DNA from: Verrucomicrobiia bacterium
GTDB taxonomy: Bacteria; Verrucomicrobiota; Verrucomicrobiia; Palsa-1439
DNA: 64,000 nucleotides
Assembly (NCBI GenBank): GCA_022072455.1
Contig: JAJVHY010000001.1
Span: 3,832 to 67,831 of the forward strand
Direction of reading: 5' to 3'
Part shown: piece by piece, positions 35,903 to 46,251 of the stretch
Layout: each line of letters begins with the position of its first letter
How positions within the stretch are numbered: position 1 is the stretch's first letter
Notes under the pieces: generated by a model
Database searches by the model: none
Told to the model about the DNA's origin: nothing
Seen by the model: the letters and a program-made list of their open reading frames with translations, nothing else
Position numbers and translations under genes: made by a program

Positions 35903-37038
35903 TAGTTCTCCTTCGATGTCCGCAAAGTAGCGGCGTCGCGTGGGATTACGCAAGTGCCAAAACTGAATGAATACACGGACAACCCCTGCCCGCGCACGCT
36001 GATTCGCGCTTCGTAGACGCCATAGGGTTGTTTGGCAATGATGTTGTACATCCGCGGTGAATCCACTCGCACAATGCTGCGTCCCGTTGAATCATAGTAG
36101 ATATCGCTGCCGGCGACTGACTTGGGAATGGGTTGGCCGTCTTGGTCAACAAACACTTCCATCCAATAGATGCCTTCCGGTTTCATGACAATATTCAACT
36201 CCGTCGCCCGGTATTTCAGCACCAAACAATCCTCGAGGTGCTCCTGATCAACCGCATGGCGCAGGTATTCTGCAGTCATGATCCAGGCACCGTGGGCATA
36301 CACCTTCCCCTCCGCCCGGTCGGCTGGCAGGCGCAGACGAACAATCGAATTTGTGGGAATGCCTTCCGGGTTGGCCAATTGGCCGCGGGCATGACCAAGA
36401 TAGATTTCCTGGGTAATCGGATAACACACTGCCCCCACTCTGTCGAAATCATGCACGGGCTCCATCACCGTCGGAAAACTTTTCGCCGGCGAAATTTCGC
36501 GCAGTAACGTCTGCAGCATCGTCTCGGTCGCGCCATACGCCCCCTCGCCGGTGTGATCGTAGCGAACCCGCCCCTCCCGGTCCACCAACAGCACCCGCGG
36601 CCAGAACTGGTTGGTATAAACATCGGCCACCTTCAAATGACTATCGACCGCGATGGGATAGGCGAGATTATAACGGCGGACGCTTGGCAATACATTGGCG
36701 GGATCGGTCGAAAAATCGTACTGCGGGGAATGAACGCCAATGATCTGTAAACCGTGGGATGCATAGCGGCGATTCCACTCGCGCAGGTACGGATACGTGC
36801 GAATGCAATTGACACAGCTGTAATCAAAAAAATGCAGCAACACGACCTTGCCGCGCAATTCATCCAGTGTCAGCGCCGGACTGTTGAACCACGTCAAAGC
36901 TCCCTCCAGTGGTGGCGCCGGTAGTCCAACCAGCGAGGGATACAGCGATGGGGCCGGCTCGCGCGACTCTTCCAATGGGCCACACTGAACGACCAACGCC
37001 ACCGATGCCAAGGTGCCCAGATGTGCATGCCAACGCAT
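35902..37038 (-). CDS. thioredoxin-fold (redoxin/TlpA-like) protein with additional C-terminal domain
   Basis: CxxC motif SCVNC in a thioredoxin-like context (VVLLHFFDYSCVNCIRTYPYL). N-terminal signal. Confidence 0.75.
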   Translation of the reverse strand: MRWHAHLGTLASVALVVQCGPLEESREPAPSLYPSLVGLPAPPLEGALTWFNSPALTLDELRGKVVLLHFFDYSCVNCIRTYPYLREWNRRYASHGLQIIGVHSPQYDFSTDPANVLPSVRRYNLAYPIAVDSHLKVADVYTNQFWPRVLLVDREGRVRYDHTGEGAYGATETMLQTLLREISPAKSFPTVMEPVHDFDRVGAVCYPITQEIYLGHARGQLANPEGIPTNSIVRLRLPADRAEGKVYAHGAWIMTAEYLRHAVDQEHLEDCLVLKYRATELNIVMKPEGIYWMEVFVDQDGQPIPKSVAGSDIYYDSTGRSIVRVDSPRMYNIIAKQPYGVYEARISVRGQGLSVYSFSFGTCVIPRDAATLRTSKEN

Positions 37039-37081
37039 GGCGGGACTTTGCCGCCCCGGTTATTGAAAATCAAGGACTGGC

Positions 37082-37810
37082 TTACCGGCGCTGGCACTGC
37101 GGACAAAACCAAGTGCTGCGCTGGGCTTGGACGATGCGCCGAATCAAGGTTCCACACCGCCGGCACGATCGCCCCGCCCGGTCATAGACATAGAATTCCT
37201 GCACCTGAAAAATTCGCGGCCCATAATTCAACCCTTTCTGCAACGCAGCCACAACACTCCGCTCCAACCGGCGGATTTCATCGCGACGCAACCGGTCTGC
37301 GCGCTGGCGCGGGTCAATCCGGGCCCGCCACAGCGCCTCGCAGGCATAGATATTGCCAATGCCGGCGACGAGGGTTTGATCCAACAGCGCGACCTTGATG
37401 GGCCGCGTCGACCGCTTCAACACCTGCAGGTCGGCCCCAAAGGGTTCCGGACCGAGCCGGTTCAGGCGCTTGATTAAATCCTGTGTAAAAAGCAATTCCA
37501 CCACACCAAACCGGCGTGAGTCGGCGAAGTAAGCCGACTGCGGCCCGGCATGTAACGCCAGCCGGTATTTTGGCGGCGGCTCGAATTCAAACCACCCGGT
37601 CATTCGCAAATGCACGAGCAGATGCCGGCCGTGTGAAAAATCGAAGATGATATATTTGGCCCGTCGCCAAACCTTGTTGATCCGGCAACCTCGCAGTTCA
37701 CCGTTCAATTTGATTTTCGAGTCACAAACTTCGACACGCCGGATCACGCGTCCCCGGAGGCGGGCCCGCAATTGGCGCATCATGATTTCGACTTCGGGAA
37801 GTTCTGGCAT
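37082..37810 (-). CDS. mutM: formamidopyrimidine/5-formyluracil DNA glycosylase (Fpg/Nei family)
   Basis: N-terminal MPELPEVE (catalytic Pro2/Glu3). C-terminal zinc finger CRRCGTLI...CPQCQ. Start at ATG 37808-37810. Confidence 0.85.
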   Translation of the reverse strand: MPELPEVEIMMRQLRARLRGRVIRRVEVCDSKIKLNGELRGCRINKVWRRAKYIIFDFSHGRHLLVHLRMTGWFEFEPPPKYRLALHAGPQSAYFADSRRFGVVELLFTQDLIKRLNRLGPEPFGADLQVLKRSTRPIKVALLDQTLVAGIGNIYACEALWRARIDPRQRADRLRRDEIRRLERSVVAALQKGLNYGPRIFQVQEFYVYDRAGRSCRRCGTLIRRIVQAQRSTWFCPQCQRR

Positions 37811-37817
37811 GGTGAAG

Positions 37818-37904
37818 TGCCCGGGGCGGGATTTGAACCCGCACGGGGTTTTAACACCCCTTCGGATTTTAAGTCCGATGCGTCTGCCGTTTCGCCACCC
37901 GGGC
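37818..37904 (-). tRNA. tRNA-Leu (anticodon UAA), class II long-variable-arm tRNA, 3'-CCA not encoded
   Basis: Manual fold: acceptor GCCCGGG/CCCGGGC, anticodon loop CUUAAAA, long variable arm GGGG...CCCC, T-arm GCGGG-TTCAAAT-CCCGC. Coordinates +/-2. Confidence 0.85.
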
Positions 37905-37953
37905 AAAATGGTCAGCCTGCCCTTTATATAGTTGATTCAAACGGTCGCAGAAA

Positions 37954-38046
37954 TGGCGGAGAGAGAGGGATTCGAACCCTCGGTACAGGTTTACCCCGTA
38001 CAGCGGTTTAGCAAACCGCCGCCTTAAACCACTCGGCCATCTCTCC
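37954..38046 (-). tRNA. tRNA-Ser (anticodon GCU), class II, 3'-CCA encoded
   Basis: Manual fold: acceptor GGAGAGA/TCTCTCC plus G plus CCA, anticodon loop TTGCTAA, long variable arm, T-arm GAGGG-TTCGAAT-CCCTC. Coordinates +/-2. Confidence 0.85.
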
Positions 38047-38180
38047 CCAAAATGATTGGCAGGCAGAACCGCGGCATACTACGGGTGCTGTTCCACTTGG
38101 TCAAGCCGGCTCACGGACCGTTTTCGCGAGCCTTGCCAAAGCGTACCGGATAGCCTATTGTCCGCCCCTTCGTCGAACCC

Positions 38181-39152
38181 ATGAACTTCGTCATCCACGC
38201 CAAGAAAGTCTTCGATATCGAAATTGATGCCCTCCGTCGCACGCGGGCGCGGCTCGATAAAAACTTTACTGCTGCCGTCGAACTGATCACCACCACTCTC
38301 CGCAATCGCGGCAAAGTGATCGTGACCGGCGTTGGTAAATCCGGCAATCTCGGCCATAAGATCGCCGCCACTTTTTCCAGCACCGGCACGCCCAGCGTGG
38401 TTCTCGACACCGTCAATGCGCTCCACGGCGACTTGGGGATTGTTCGCGATGGTGATGTCGTCATGGCGTTGAGTTATTCGGGCGAAACTCAGGAACTCCT
38501 CCGCATCTTGCCGGCCCTCAAACGCTTTGACGTGAGCCTCATCGCCGTGACCGGGTATCCCAAATCCCAGATTGCCCGACACAGTAACGTCGTCCTCAAC
38601 GTTCAAGTCAAACGAGAAGCCTGCCCGTTCAACCTCGCCCCAACCGCCAGCACGACCGCCACCCTCGCGATGGGCGACGCGCTGGCCATGAGCGTTCTTG
38701 CCGCCCGCGGCTTCCAAAAGTCTGACTACGCCAAACTGCATCCCGCTGGCGCCATCGGCTCCACGATGCTTGTCCAGATCAAAGACATCATGCGCACCGG
38801 CACCCGCAATCCAGTCATTCAAAGCAGCGCGACCGTCAAGGAGGCGCTTCTGGCCATGACCAAAGCCAAGTCCGGCACGATCAGCGTAGTGGATCAAGCC
38901 GGCCGCGTGGCCGGCGTGTTCACGGATGGCGACTTCCGCCGACAGATCGCCCGGGATACCGGCGTGCTGGAGCGGCCGGTCAAAGCCGTGATGACTCCCA
39001 AGCCCATCACCATCCGGCACGACGCGCTCGCCGTCGAAGCCCTGAAAATTTTTCAACAACGACAGATTGACGATTTAATCGTTGTGGATAACACTCGCCG
39101 CCCGGTCGGGATTGTGGATTCGCAAGACCTGCCCAAATTCAAAATCATGTAA
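38181..39152 (+). CDS. kdsD: arabinose-5-phosphate isomerase (KdsD/KpsF; SIS domain plus CBS pair)
   Basis: SIS motif VTGVGKSG, ALSYSGET. C-terminal CBS pair. Confidence 0.85.
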   Translation: MNFVIHAKKVFDIEIDALRRTRARLDKNFTAAVELITTTLRNRGKVIVTGVGKSGNLGHKIAATFSSTGTPSVVLDTVNALHGDLGIVRDGDVVMALSYSGETQELLRILPALKRFDVSLIAVTGYPKSQIARHSNVVLNVQVKREACPFNLAPTASTTATLAMGDALAMSVLAARGFQKSDYAKLHPAGAIGSTMLVQIKDIMRTGTRNPVIQSSATVKEALLAMTKAKSGTISVVDQAGRVAGVFTDGDFRRQIARDTGVLERPVKAVMTPKPITIRHDALAVEALKIFQQRQIDDLIVVDNTRRPVGIVDSQDLPKFKIM

Positions 39153-39173
39153 TCAACAAGAGGTACTAACGCT

Positions 39174-39731
39174 ATGCCGTCAGCCAATGATCTTCGCAAA
39201 GGAATGGCCATTAAATATAATGGCGATGTCGCCGTCGTTCTCGACATGCAACACCGCACCCCCGGCAATCTGCGCGCGTTCGTGCAAGCCACGCTCCGCA
39301 GCCTGAAAACCGGCAAGTCCTCCAACGTCCGCTTTTCCTCGACAGAACCCATCGAGCCGATCTCGATGATGACCCGCGAACTCGACTACAGCTACAAGGA
39401 CCAGACCGGCTACCACTTCATGGATCCGGAAACGTACGAAGACACCGTCCTCGTCGAAGAATTCGTTGGCGACAACTCCAAATACCTGACCGAAAACCTT
39501 CGCGTCACCTTGATGGAAGTCGAAGGCAAACCCGCCGAACTCGAACTCCCACCCAAGGTGAAACTCAAAGTCTTGGAAGCCCCTCCCGGCGTCCGCGGCG
39601 ACACCGCCAACAACGTCACCAAGCCGGCCAAAGTCGAAGGCGGTTTTGAAGTCGGCGTCCCCCTCTTCATCAATCCTGGTGACGTGATCGAAGTGGACAC
39701 CCGCACGGGCAAATACCTCAGCCGCGCTTAA
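39174..39731 (+). CDS. efp: translation elongation factor P
   Basis: Full-length EF-P. Conserved KPG loop region (TGKSS...), 185 aa. Confidence 0.95.
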   Translation: MPSANDLRKGMAIKYNGDVAVVLDMQHRTPGNLRAFVQATLRSLKTGKSSNVRFSSTEPIEPISMMTRELDYSYKDQTGYHFMDPETYEDTVLVEEFVGDNSKYLTENLRVTLMEVEGKPAELELPPKVKLKVLEAPPGVRGDTANNVTKPAKVEGGFEVGVPLFINPGDVIEVDTRTGKYLSRA

Positions 39732-40594
39732 AGCCCCTCCGTCCGCCGGTACTCACCCGGTGGCCGGCCGATCAAATGTTTGAACGTGTGTGCGAAAAAC
39801 GCCGGCTCCGCGTACCCGACCGCCGCCGCCACCGCCTCCACTGTCAAATCCGTCTGCCGGAGCAATTGGCAGGCAGACTCGATCCGCGCCTGCCGTTGAG
39901 ACTGTACAGGTGACACGCCCACCGTCCGCTCAAACACCCGGCGAAACTGCGATTCCGACAACCCGCATCGTTTCGCCAGCGAGTTAATCGTTGGCGGGTT
40001 CGTCAACTCCGTGCGAATCAATTCGAGCGCCGGCAACAGGCGCCGCAAATCGGCGAGCTTCGATTCGGGTGGCGCGACCTTCAACCAGTCTCCGTGCTCG
40101 TGGATCAAGCGAAACAACAACTGCCCCGCCATTGCCTCCAACGCGCGCCGGTATCCCGCTGGCTGCAACGCATAAACCCGGCAAGCCTCCTGAAATATCA
40201 GCTCATCACCGAGATGAAATACATCCGGAAAGTCCAATAACTGCGCCAGCGTCAACGACTCAAAAACAGTCGCGGTGTAATGGAATGAAATGATTTCCAA
40301 CTTCTGCTTCGGATCCGCGTGGGCGCTATGCCACTGGCCGCGCCGAAAATGAACTGCATCGCCACGCCGCAATTCCACCGCCCGCTCGTCCACCCGCACG
40401 AAAAGATGCCCCTTGATGACGAATAAAAACATATCGTCTTCAATCCGCCGGTGCTCCAAAACCCACGTCGGCGCACAGTCATACTGCACCGCCGTGACGC
40501 CGGAAATGGTGTGCTGCTCAAGCAACCGCGCCAACCAGGCTGCATTCGTCTTGGCTGGGAATGCGGGAAATTTGACTCTCCGCCGCTCGCGCAT
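39728..40594 (-). CDS. AraC family transcriptional regulator (cupin plus HTH)
   Basis: C-terminal AraC HTH (LAKRCGLSESQFRRVFERTVGVSPVQ...). Confidence 0.85.
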   Translation of the reverse strand: MRERRRVKFPAFPAKTNAAWLARLLEQHTISGVTAVQYDCAPTWVLEHRRIEDDMFLFVIKGHLFVRVDERAVELRRGDAVHFRRGQWHSAHADPKQKLEIISFHYTATVFESLTLAQLLDFPDVFHLGDELIFQEACRVYALQPAGYRRALEAMAGQLLFRLIHEHGDWLKVAPPESKLADLRRLLPALELIRTELTNPPTINSLAKRCGLSESQFRRVFERTVGVSPVQSQRQARIESACQLLRQTDLTVEAVAAAVGYAEPAFFAHTFKHLIGRPPGEYRRTEGL

Positions 40595-40686
40595 GGCCCG
40601 ACCATACCGGCCCTGACCGAAAAAGACAGGAAAATGATTCTTTCCAATCTGGCGGCACCGGCGACCTTGCGCTAGGGTTTGCGTCC

Positions 40687-41499
40687 ATGACGATCTTCAT
40701 CTCGGCGCAGCAATGGGCGCAGTACGAGCGCGACGGCTTCCTCAAACTCGGCCAAGTTCTCAACCCCGCGGAACTTCACGCGTTGCAGCAGCGCATTGAC
40801 GACATCATGCTCGGCAAGGCGCGTGTGGACTACGACCGGATGCTGATGCAACTCGACAGCGAATCCGGCAAGTACGAGGATGCCGGCGTCCAGTCTCGTG
40901 GCCACAAAGGGGCCACTATCAATTACCGGAAAATTCAGGAGCTGGAATTCGATCCGCTCTTCCTCGCCTACATGCAACGTCCCATCTTTCGGGAAATCTG
41001 TGAACACGTCTACGGCAGCGACACGCCGGTTGCCGCCTTTCGCGCGATGTTCATGAACAAGCCAGCCCGCAAGGGCACTTTCCTGCCTTGGCATCAGGAC
41101 CGCTGGACTTACCTCGACCGCGACCCGCAAATCACAGTCTGGACTGCTCTCGACCCGGCCACAGTAGGCAACGGCTGTGTGCAAGTTGTGCCGGGCAGTC
41201 ACAAGTTCGGGCTGATCAATCCATCCCACAGCTCAGGTTTCCTGACCAAGGAACAAGCCGCCCAGCATGCGACCCCCGATAAGATCGTGTATCTCGAACT
41301 CCAACCGGGCGAAGTTGCGTTGTTGCACAATTATCTCCTCCACGCCTCCGATGTGAACCGCACCGACACCTCGCGCCGGGCGTTCAGCGTCTGCTACATG
41401 GATGCGCGCACCGTGACAACCAACAACGAGAAGTACTCGACCATCTTCGGCGCCGACGCGTTACGAGTCGAAGATTTGGAAACCGTCACCACAAAGTAG
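40687..41499 (+). CDS. phytanoyl-CoA dioxygenase (PhyH) family Fe(II)/2-oxoglutarate oxygenase
   Basis: HQD...H facial triad context (LPWHQDRW..., VPGSHKFG). Confidence 0.8.
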   Translation: MTIFISAQQWAQYERDGFLKLGQVLNPAELHALQQRIDDIMLGKARVDYDRMLMQLDSESGKYEDAGVQSRGHKGATINYRKIQELEFDPLFLAYMQRPIFREICEHVYGSDTPVAAFRAMFMNKPARKGTFLPWHQDRWTYLDRDPQITVWTALDPATVGNGCVQVVPGSHKFGLINPSHSSGFLTKEQAAQHATPDKIVYLELQPGEVALLHNYLLHASDVNRTDTSRRAFSVCYMDARTVTTNNEKYSTIFGADALRVEDLETVTTK

Positions 41500-41510
41500 G
41501 GCGCGCGTAG

Positions 41511-43358
41511 TTACTTCTTGGCGTAGTAGTCGAAATCAATTCCGTTGGACCAAAACCAGCGCTTGAAAGCGTAATTGATTGCATCGCGGAACCGATTGCT
41601 ATCGCGAATGACGACGGCTTTCGTCAGCGGCGCAATCAAGGGGTCCCATTGCTGCCGGCCCAGCACATCATCTGGCAGAAATACCAAGACATTCCGCTGC
41701 ATATGAAAATACTGGAGGTACCGCCAGTGGACAGCCATCAACTCATCCACAATTTTCTTCCGGCGCCGCAACTCGCCCACAAACCGTCGCACCCGCGAAC
41801 GCAACTGGCCGGCCGGCTGATACCCGCTGGCCTCGAATAACTCGCGCGACTCAACCACCAACGCATGGTCAGGACCAGCCACCTTCATCAACTGATCCAT
41901 TGCCGCCCGGTCATGCAACAACTGCCACCGGTCCCGTGCATCCCGATATCGCGGCAGCCGGCGTTTCAACGCGCGCGCTTTACGCAGCAGGCGCGCGACG
42001 GTTTTCGGGTTGGCCTGCAGCAACGCCTTCGCCCCCCAAGTCGTCTCCAAGCCGACTAGTAAATCCATCGCATCAAGCACGTTCGCCTGACCGAAGTAAT
42101 ACCGGCTATAATCGGCGAGAATCCCGGCAACGTCACAATCCGGATCCCACAGTCGCGCCGCGTAGACGGCGGCGTTGGCGTCGGTGTAAATGCCTTCCGA
42201 GTACAACTGCGTTCCCCACCCTGCCCGCGCGACTCGTTGCGCTTCCGCCGCCATCCGCTGCGGTGCCGGGTTCGCGCCATTGCACCCGTACGAACAGAAA
42301 TAACAGTCGAACATGCTGATCTCGGGAAACACGAAGCGGGAATACGCCGCCGGAGGCGAGTACTCCGCGATGTGATCGGCATGCGACATCAGGCCTTGAA
42401 ACCAATCCGCCCGCGCATCGCACAGCGCGTAAACCAACTTTCGCTCGGCTTCATCCATCAACCACGTCGAAACCACCACCTCAAGTTTGGGATTCGACTC
42501 GCGCGCGACCGCTGCCACCTGCTGCCCGAGTTCGAGAAACTTCTTTCCCCACCGCTCCGGTCGCGCCGCGCACTCGGCGCAACCACACCCACCCGGATCA
42601 TACGGCCAGTGGATGAGCACATCGAATGGACTCAGCAACTTCATGACTTGCCGGCGATTCTCCAGGATTAACGCAAGGCCGGCGGGTTTGGCCGGGCAAA
42701 TCTGACTGTATTGATAAAAAGCGCCATGCCGCGCCCGCGGATCAGCGAGCAGTTCCACTGGCGGCTGATAATGAAAGCCCTCATTCCCCACGGCACCGGT
42801 CGCGACTTTCATTCCGCATGCCCGCGCCGTCTCGATCATCCGATTCAACCGGGCGATCATCTTCGAGCCGCGACTTCTTGGGTCGCACCAAAACCCGTGC
42901 GGAAACCAATTCATATCAAACCAGAACATCCACCCATCGAACCCCCACAACGCCATCTCCTCAATGTAGCTCTCGACGTGCTCAATGGGCGCCGCCTCGT
43001 AGAAGTTATTGAAGTGCGTTGCGAAATACACCCCCCGGTCATACACCGCCGGCGTCCGCGTCACGTTCAATTTCGGCATCGCGACCCGCGTCGGCTCGAA
43101 CACCAACGTCCGCAACAACTGCCCCACCCCATATAACACCCCATGCCCATCCGCACCCCGCAATGTCACGGTCTTGCCGGCGGTCGCGAACGCGTACGCT
43201 TGCCGGGGCATCCCCGGCTCGAGACTGATGGACAATTCCCAATCGCCCGTCGCCCCCAACTTCACTCGCGTCCGGTCGTTCCACCGACTCCGCAACAACA
43301 CCACCGCTTTCGCGACCAGCTTGTCCTCGTGTCCGGCAACCGTCAGTTTCACCCTCAT
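41511..43358 (-). CDS. hypothetical protein, possibly TIM-barrel glycoside-hydrolase-like
   Basis: 615 aa, no signal peptide. Aromatic-rich segment WGFDGWMFWFDMNWFPHGFW. No confident family. Confidence 0.45.
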   Translation of the reverse strand: MRVKLTVAGHEDKLVAKAVVLLRSRWNDRTRVKLGATGDWELSISLEPGMPRQAYAFATAGKTVTLRGADGHGVLYGVGQLLRTLVFEPTRVAMPKLNVTRTPAVYDRGVYFATHFNNFYEAAPIEHVESYIEEMALWGFDGWMFWFDMNWFPHGFWCDPRSRGSKMIARLNRMIETARACGMKVATGAVGNEGFHYQPPVELLADPRARHGAFYQYSQICPAKPAGLALILENRRQVMKLLSPFDVLIHWPYDPGGCGCAECAARPERWGKKFLELGQQVAAVARESNPKLEVVVSTWLMDEAERKLVYALCDARADWFQGLMSHADHIAEYSPPAAYSRFVFPEISMFDCYFCSYGCNGANPAPQRMAAEAQRVARAGWGTQLYSEGIYTDANAAVYAARLWDPDCDVAGILADYSRYYFGQANVLDAMDLLVGLETTWGAKALLQANPKTVARLLRKARALKRRLPRYRDARDRWQLLHDRAAMDQLMKVAGPDHALVVESRELFEASGYQPAGQLRSRVRRFVGELRRRKKIVDELMAVHWRYLQYFHMQRNVLVFLPDDVLGRQQWDPLIAPLTKAVVIRDSNRFRDAINYAFKRWFWSNGIDFDYYAKK

Positions 43359-44131
43359 GATTTCACATTGAAAAACTGTGCGGCGTTACTAAACATGATT
43401 TTGCGTTTGTCATTATCCGTCATGCGGGAGAAGAGAACCTTGCCGGCTTGCTCGGCCAGCGAGAACATCGGTTGATCCGAACCCCAAACGATTTGATCCA
43501 CGCCGATTTCTTTGACGAAATGTTCGATAAGATTCGTGATGTCGCGCGAGTAGGTCAGATCGAGATAGAAGTTCCGCGCCCCGGCCGCGGCATCAATATA
43601 CGACTGATAACTGTAATCGCTGCCGGCATGCGCCGCGAAAAACGCGACCGAGGGAAACCGCTTCGCCACCTTGTCGTAGCCAGTCAAGTTACCGGCCCAC
43701 GTGTGCGCGAGAACCGGCACGTTGCGATCACGGGCCACCTCCCAAACCGGATCGAACTTCGGATCGTTGTAGGCAACGCCTTGTTGATACACTTTGATCC
43801 CGGCAAACCCCGGCAGCGCGAAACACCGGTGCAACTCGGGCTCCATCTCGTCGGCGTAGTTGGCGTTGACGTGGACGTAGCCGAAGAATCGTCCCGGATG
43901 ACGTGCGATCAACTCCGCGACTGCGTCGTTCCCCCGCCGGACATCGCCGGCAATGCCGTCCATGGAACTGCAGGCCACGTACTTCACACCGACCCGGTCA
44001 TTCTCCGCCAGCCAGTCGTGCTCCGAATATTTATCGTACAACGCCCACTGACCGAGGTGCGTGTGCATGTCAAACACCGGAAAATCGAGCTGCTTCCCGG
44101 CACGACCGTACTGCACTAGCTCATCGCTCAC
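43355..44131 (-). CDS. amidohydrolase-2 family metal-dependent hydrolase (TIM barrel)
   Basis: N-terminal FDMHTHL, ...HAGSDYS..., D near C-terminus (WGSDQP). Confidence 0.75.
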   Translation of the reverse strand: MSDELVQYGRAGKQLDFPVFDMHTHLGQWALYDKYSEHDWLAENDRVGVKYVACSSMDGIAGDVRRGNDAVAELIARHPGRFFGYVHVNANYADEMEPELHRCFALPGFAGIKVYQQGVAYNDPKFDPVWEVARDRNVPVLAHTWAGNLTGYDKVAKRFPSVAFFAAHAGSDYSYQSYIDAAAGARNFYLDLTYSRDITNLIEHFVKEIGVDQIVWGSDQPMFSLAEQAGKVLFSRMTDNDKRKIMFSNAAQFFNVKS

Positions 44132-44892
44132 AGACGCACCTCATTCATCAATTGTTGGATGTTACCGGCGAAAATCTTTTGTTTGGCTTCGTCGTCGAGT
44201 TGGGAATAGGAGACCATCGCAATCGCGCCACCGGGGGCGTTGAAGGGCAGCCCCGACGCGAACAGCATTCGCTCCGGGCCGAAATGCTGGACGAATCGTT
44301 CCGGCGCAAGCGTTGTGCAATAGTAATTCGTACAAATCCGTAGCTCGCGATGCCGGCGTAAGAGCGGGAAGAGATGCGCGTCCGCCCGGTAACCAATCCC
44401 TGTTAGTACCAACTTTAACTCAGGAAACGCGCTGCACATCCGGTGCACGTCGTCGTAACTCACCCCGCCATCCATGATCTGCACGAACAACGGGAGCCGG
44501 TGCGCGACGCACAAGGCCAACAAGTCATCAATCATCCACGACGCCATGCCGTGCGATTGCCAAGTCGGTCGCAACCAAGCTGCCTTCGCGCCCGCTGCGC
44601 GCATCGCAGCGAGATAATCGACCGGCGCCGGATCGTTGTTGTACGTTTGAGGAGCCAACAGGAATGCCGGCACGAACCGCGAATCGCCGTTGATTTCCCG
44701 CAAGAGACTGACGTTTGCGTTGGTCGCGCTCACAAAAGGGAGTTGCCGGTGAACCAACGCGGAATCAATTCCGCAGTAATCCAGAATCGCGATGATCTCA
44801 GCCGTCGTCCCCGGCAAGATTGGATTGCGCCAGCCCCACGGCCCAAGCCCGACACACGCGTCGATGATTTTCACTGCGCGTACACCTCGCAC
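44128..44892 (-). CDS. amidohydrolase-2-like protein (second copy, divergent)
   Basis: Similar length and architecture to the neighbouring amidohydrolase. Weaker motif conservation. Confidence 0.5.
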   Translation of the reverse strand: MRGVRAVKIIDACVGLGPWGWRNPILPGTTAEIIAILDYCGIDSALVHRQLPFVSATNANVSLLREINGDSRFVPAFLLAPQTYNNDPAPVDYLAAMRAAGAKAAWLRPTWQSHGMASWMIDDLLALCVAHRLPLFVQIMDGGVSYDDVHRMCSAFPELKLVLTGIGYRADAHLFPLLRRHRELRICTNYYCTTLAPERFVQHFGPERMLFASGLPFNAPGGAIAMVSYSQLDDEAKQKIFAGNIQQLMNEVRL

Positions 44893-46088
44893 ACCTTGAG
44901 AATCCCGGCCGCCATCTCGTCAATGTCCCGGTCGCTGTAAAACTGCCCCAGCATGACTTGGATACCGGTTTCCAAGAGGCGTTTATGCGTTGGCGTGTCC
45001 TCGATGTTGTACCGCCGGTCGCCCAACGGATATTGCGCACGCTCATCGTTCAACCACGGTCGCACCGACCGGGTCTGAAACAGCCCGCTGCCGACGAGAT
45101 CATATTTCGCATACGAACAAGCATTCACGCCTTCAGCCGCAATTGCTTTCGCGATTTCATCACGTTTCGCGGCATCCTCGACGATCAGCAACGTCCACCA
45201 ATAACTCACGTAAGCGCCGGGAATCGCCGGCATCATCCGTGCGCCTTTCAGATCGGCCAGTTGCCGGGTCAGGCGCTCACCGAGTTCATGATGACGGCTC
45301 GTGATGCGGTCAACAATTTCCAACTGCGCGCACGCGACGGCCCCCTGCAACTCCGTCATCCGGTAATTCATTCCGAAATGCGCTTTGCTTAACGTCCCAC
45401 CAAAAAGCCGGTCGTAATGTTTGTCCGCATAATTGCTCACGCGCCGGTAAAGCTCGGCGTCGTTCAAGGCGACAAATCCGCCGTCGCCGGTTGAGATGTG
45501 TTTGAAATCGTTCGTCGAAAAACAGCCGGCCGTGCCAAACGCGCCGACTTGCCGGCCATTCAACTTCGTCCCCCATGATTGCGCGCAATCTTCGACGACT
45601 GCGATCCCGCGCGGTTGGCAGAACGCAACAATCGCATCGACCGGCGCCGGATAGCCGGCAATGTGGACCACGACGACCGCCTTCGTGCGCGGCGTGATCT
45701 TCGCGGCCACGGTCGCGACGGTAGGCTGCAACGTCCAATCGCAATCGCAGAATACCGGCACCGCACCTTCGCCGATGATGCCGATGACGGAGCCGACGTC
45801 GGTGTTGGGTGTCAGGATCACTTCATCGCCGGGCCCGATCCCGGCAGCGATCAACCCGAGATGGATCGCCGCGCTGCAACTGCTACACGCGACGACATGG
45901 GGCTGACCGGTATACTCACGCATCCTGTCGCAAGCGCATTTGACGAACTTGCCAAACCCATAGAACAACGTGTTGCTCGCGAGCGCTTCCTCGAGATACT
46001 GGCGTTCGTTACCGGTGTACCGCAACCCCGTCGAATACGGCGTGGTCTTGGCCTTTGGTCCGCCGTTGATGGCGAGACTCGCATTCAT
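44871..46088 (-). CDS. DegT/DnrJ/EryC1/StrS family PLP-dependent sugar aminotransferase
   Basis: Conserved ...FSTNDFKHISTGDGG... region (PLP-Lys). Start at ATG 46086-46088. Confidence 0.85.
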   Translation of the reverse strand: MNASLAINGGPKAKTTPYSTGLRYTGNERQYLEEALASNTLFYGFGKFVKCACDRMREYTGQPHVVACSSCSAAIHLGLIAAGIGPGDEVILTPNTDVGSVIGIIGEGAVPVFCDCDWTLQPTVATVAAKITPRTKAVVVVHIAGYPAPVDAIVAFCQPRGIAVVEDCAQSWGTKLNGRQVGAFGTAGCFSTNDFKHISTGDGGFVALNDAELYRRVSNYADKHYDRLFGGTLSKAHFGMNYRMTELQGAVACAQLEIVDRITSRHHELGERLTRQLADLKGARMMPAIPGAYVSYWWTLLIVEDAAKRDEIAKAIAAEGVNACSYAKYDLVGSGLFQTRSVRPWLNDERAQYPLGDRRYNIEDTPTHKRLLETGIQVMLGQFYSDRDIDEMAAGILKVCEVYAQ

Positions 46089-46251
46089 TGGTTGGAAGTA
46101 TTGCGGGATCGTCAACCAAGCGTCAAGCCGGCGCTGGACAAAATGCGATTCCGATCCCTGCCCTTGCACAACCTGGTGGTTCATGGGGACCGCAACCGCG
46201 GTCGAGTTTCCCAGTGACAGTCACTTGCGGAGCGATTATATACACCACCTC

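Noticed and set aside
37808-37823. TGGCAT-N6-GTGC on the plus strand at the mutM start / tRNA-Leu end
   Set aside because: The spacing is off by one relative to the pilus-locus element. It is embedded in the mutM start codon and tRNA 3' end, and there is no downstream plus-strand gene for about 360 nt. Probably chance.
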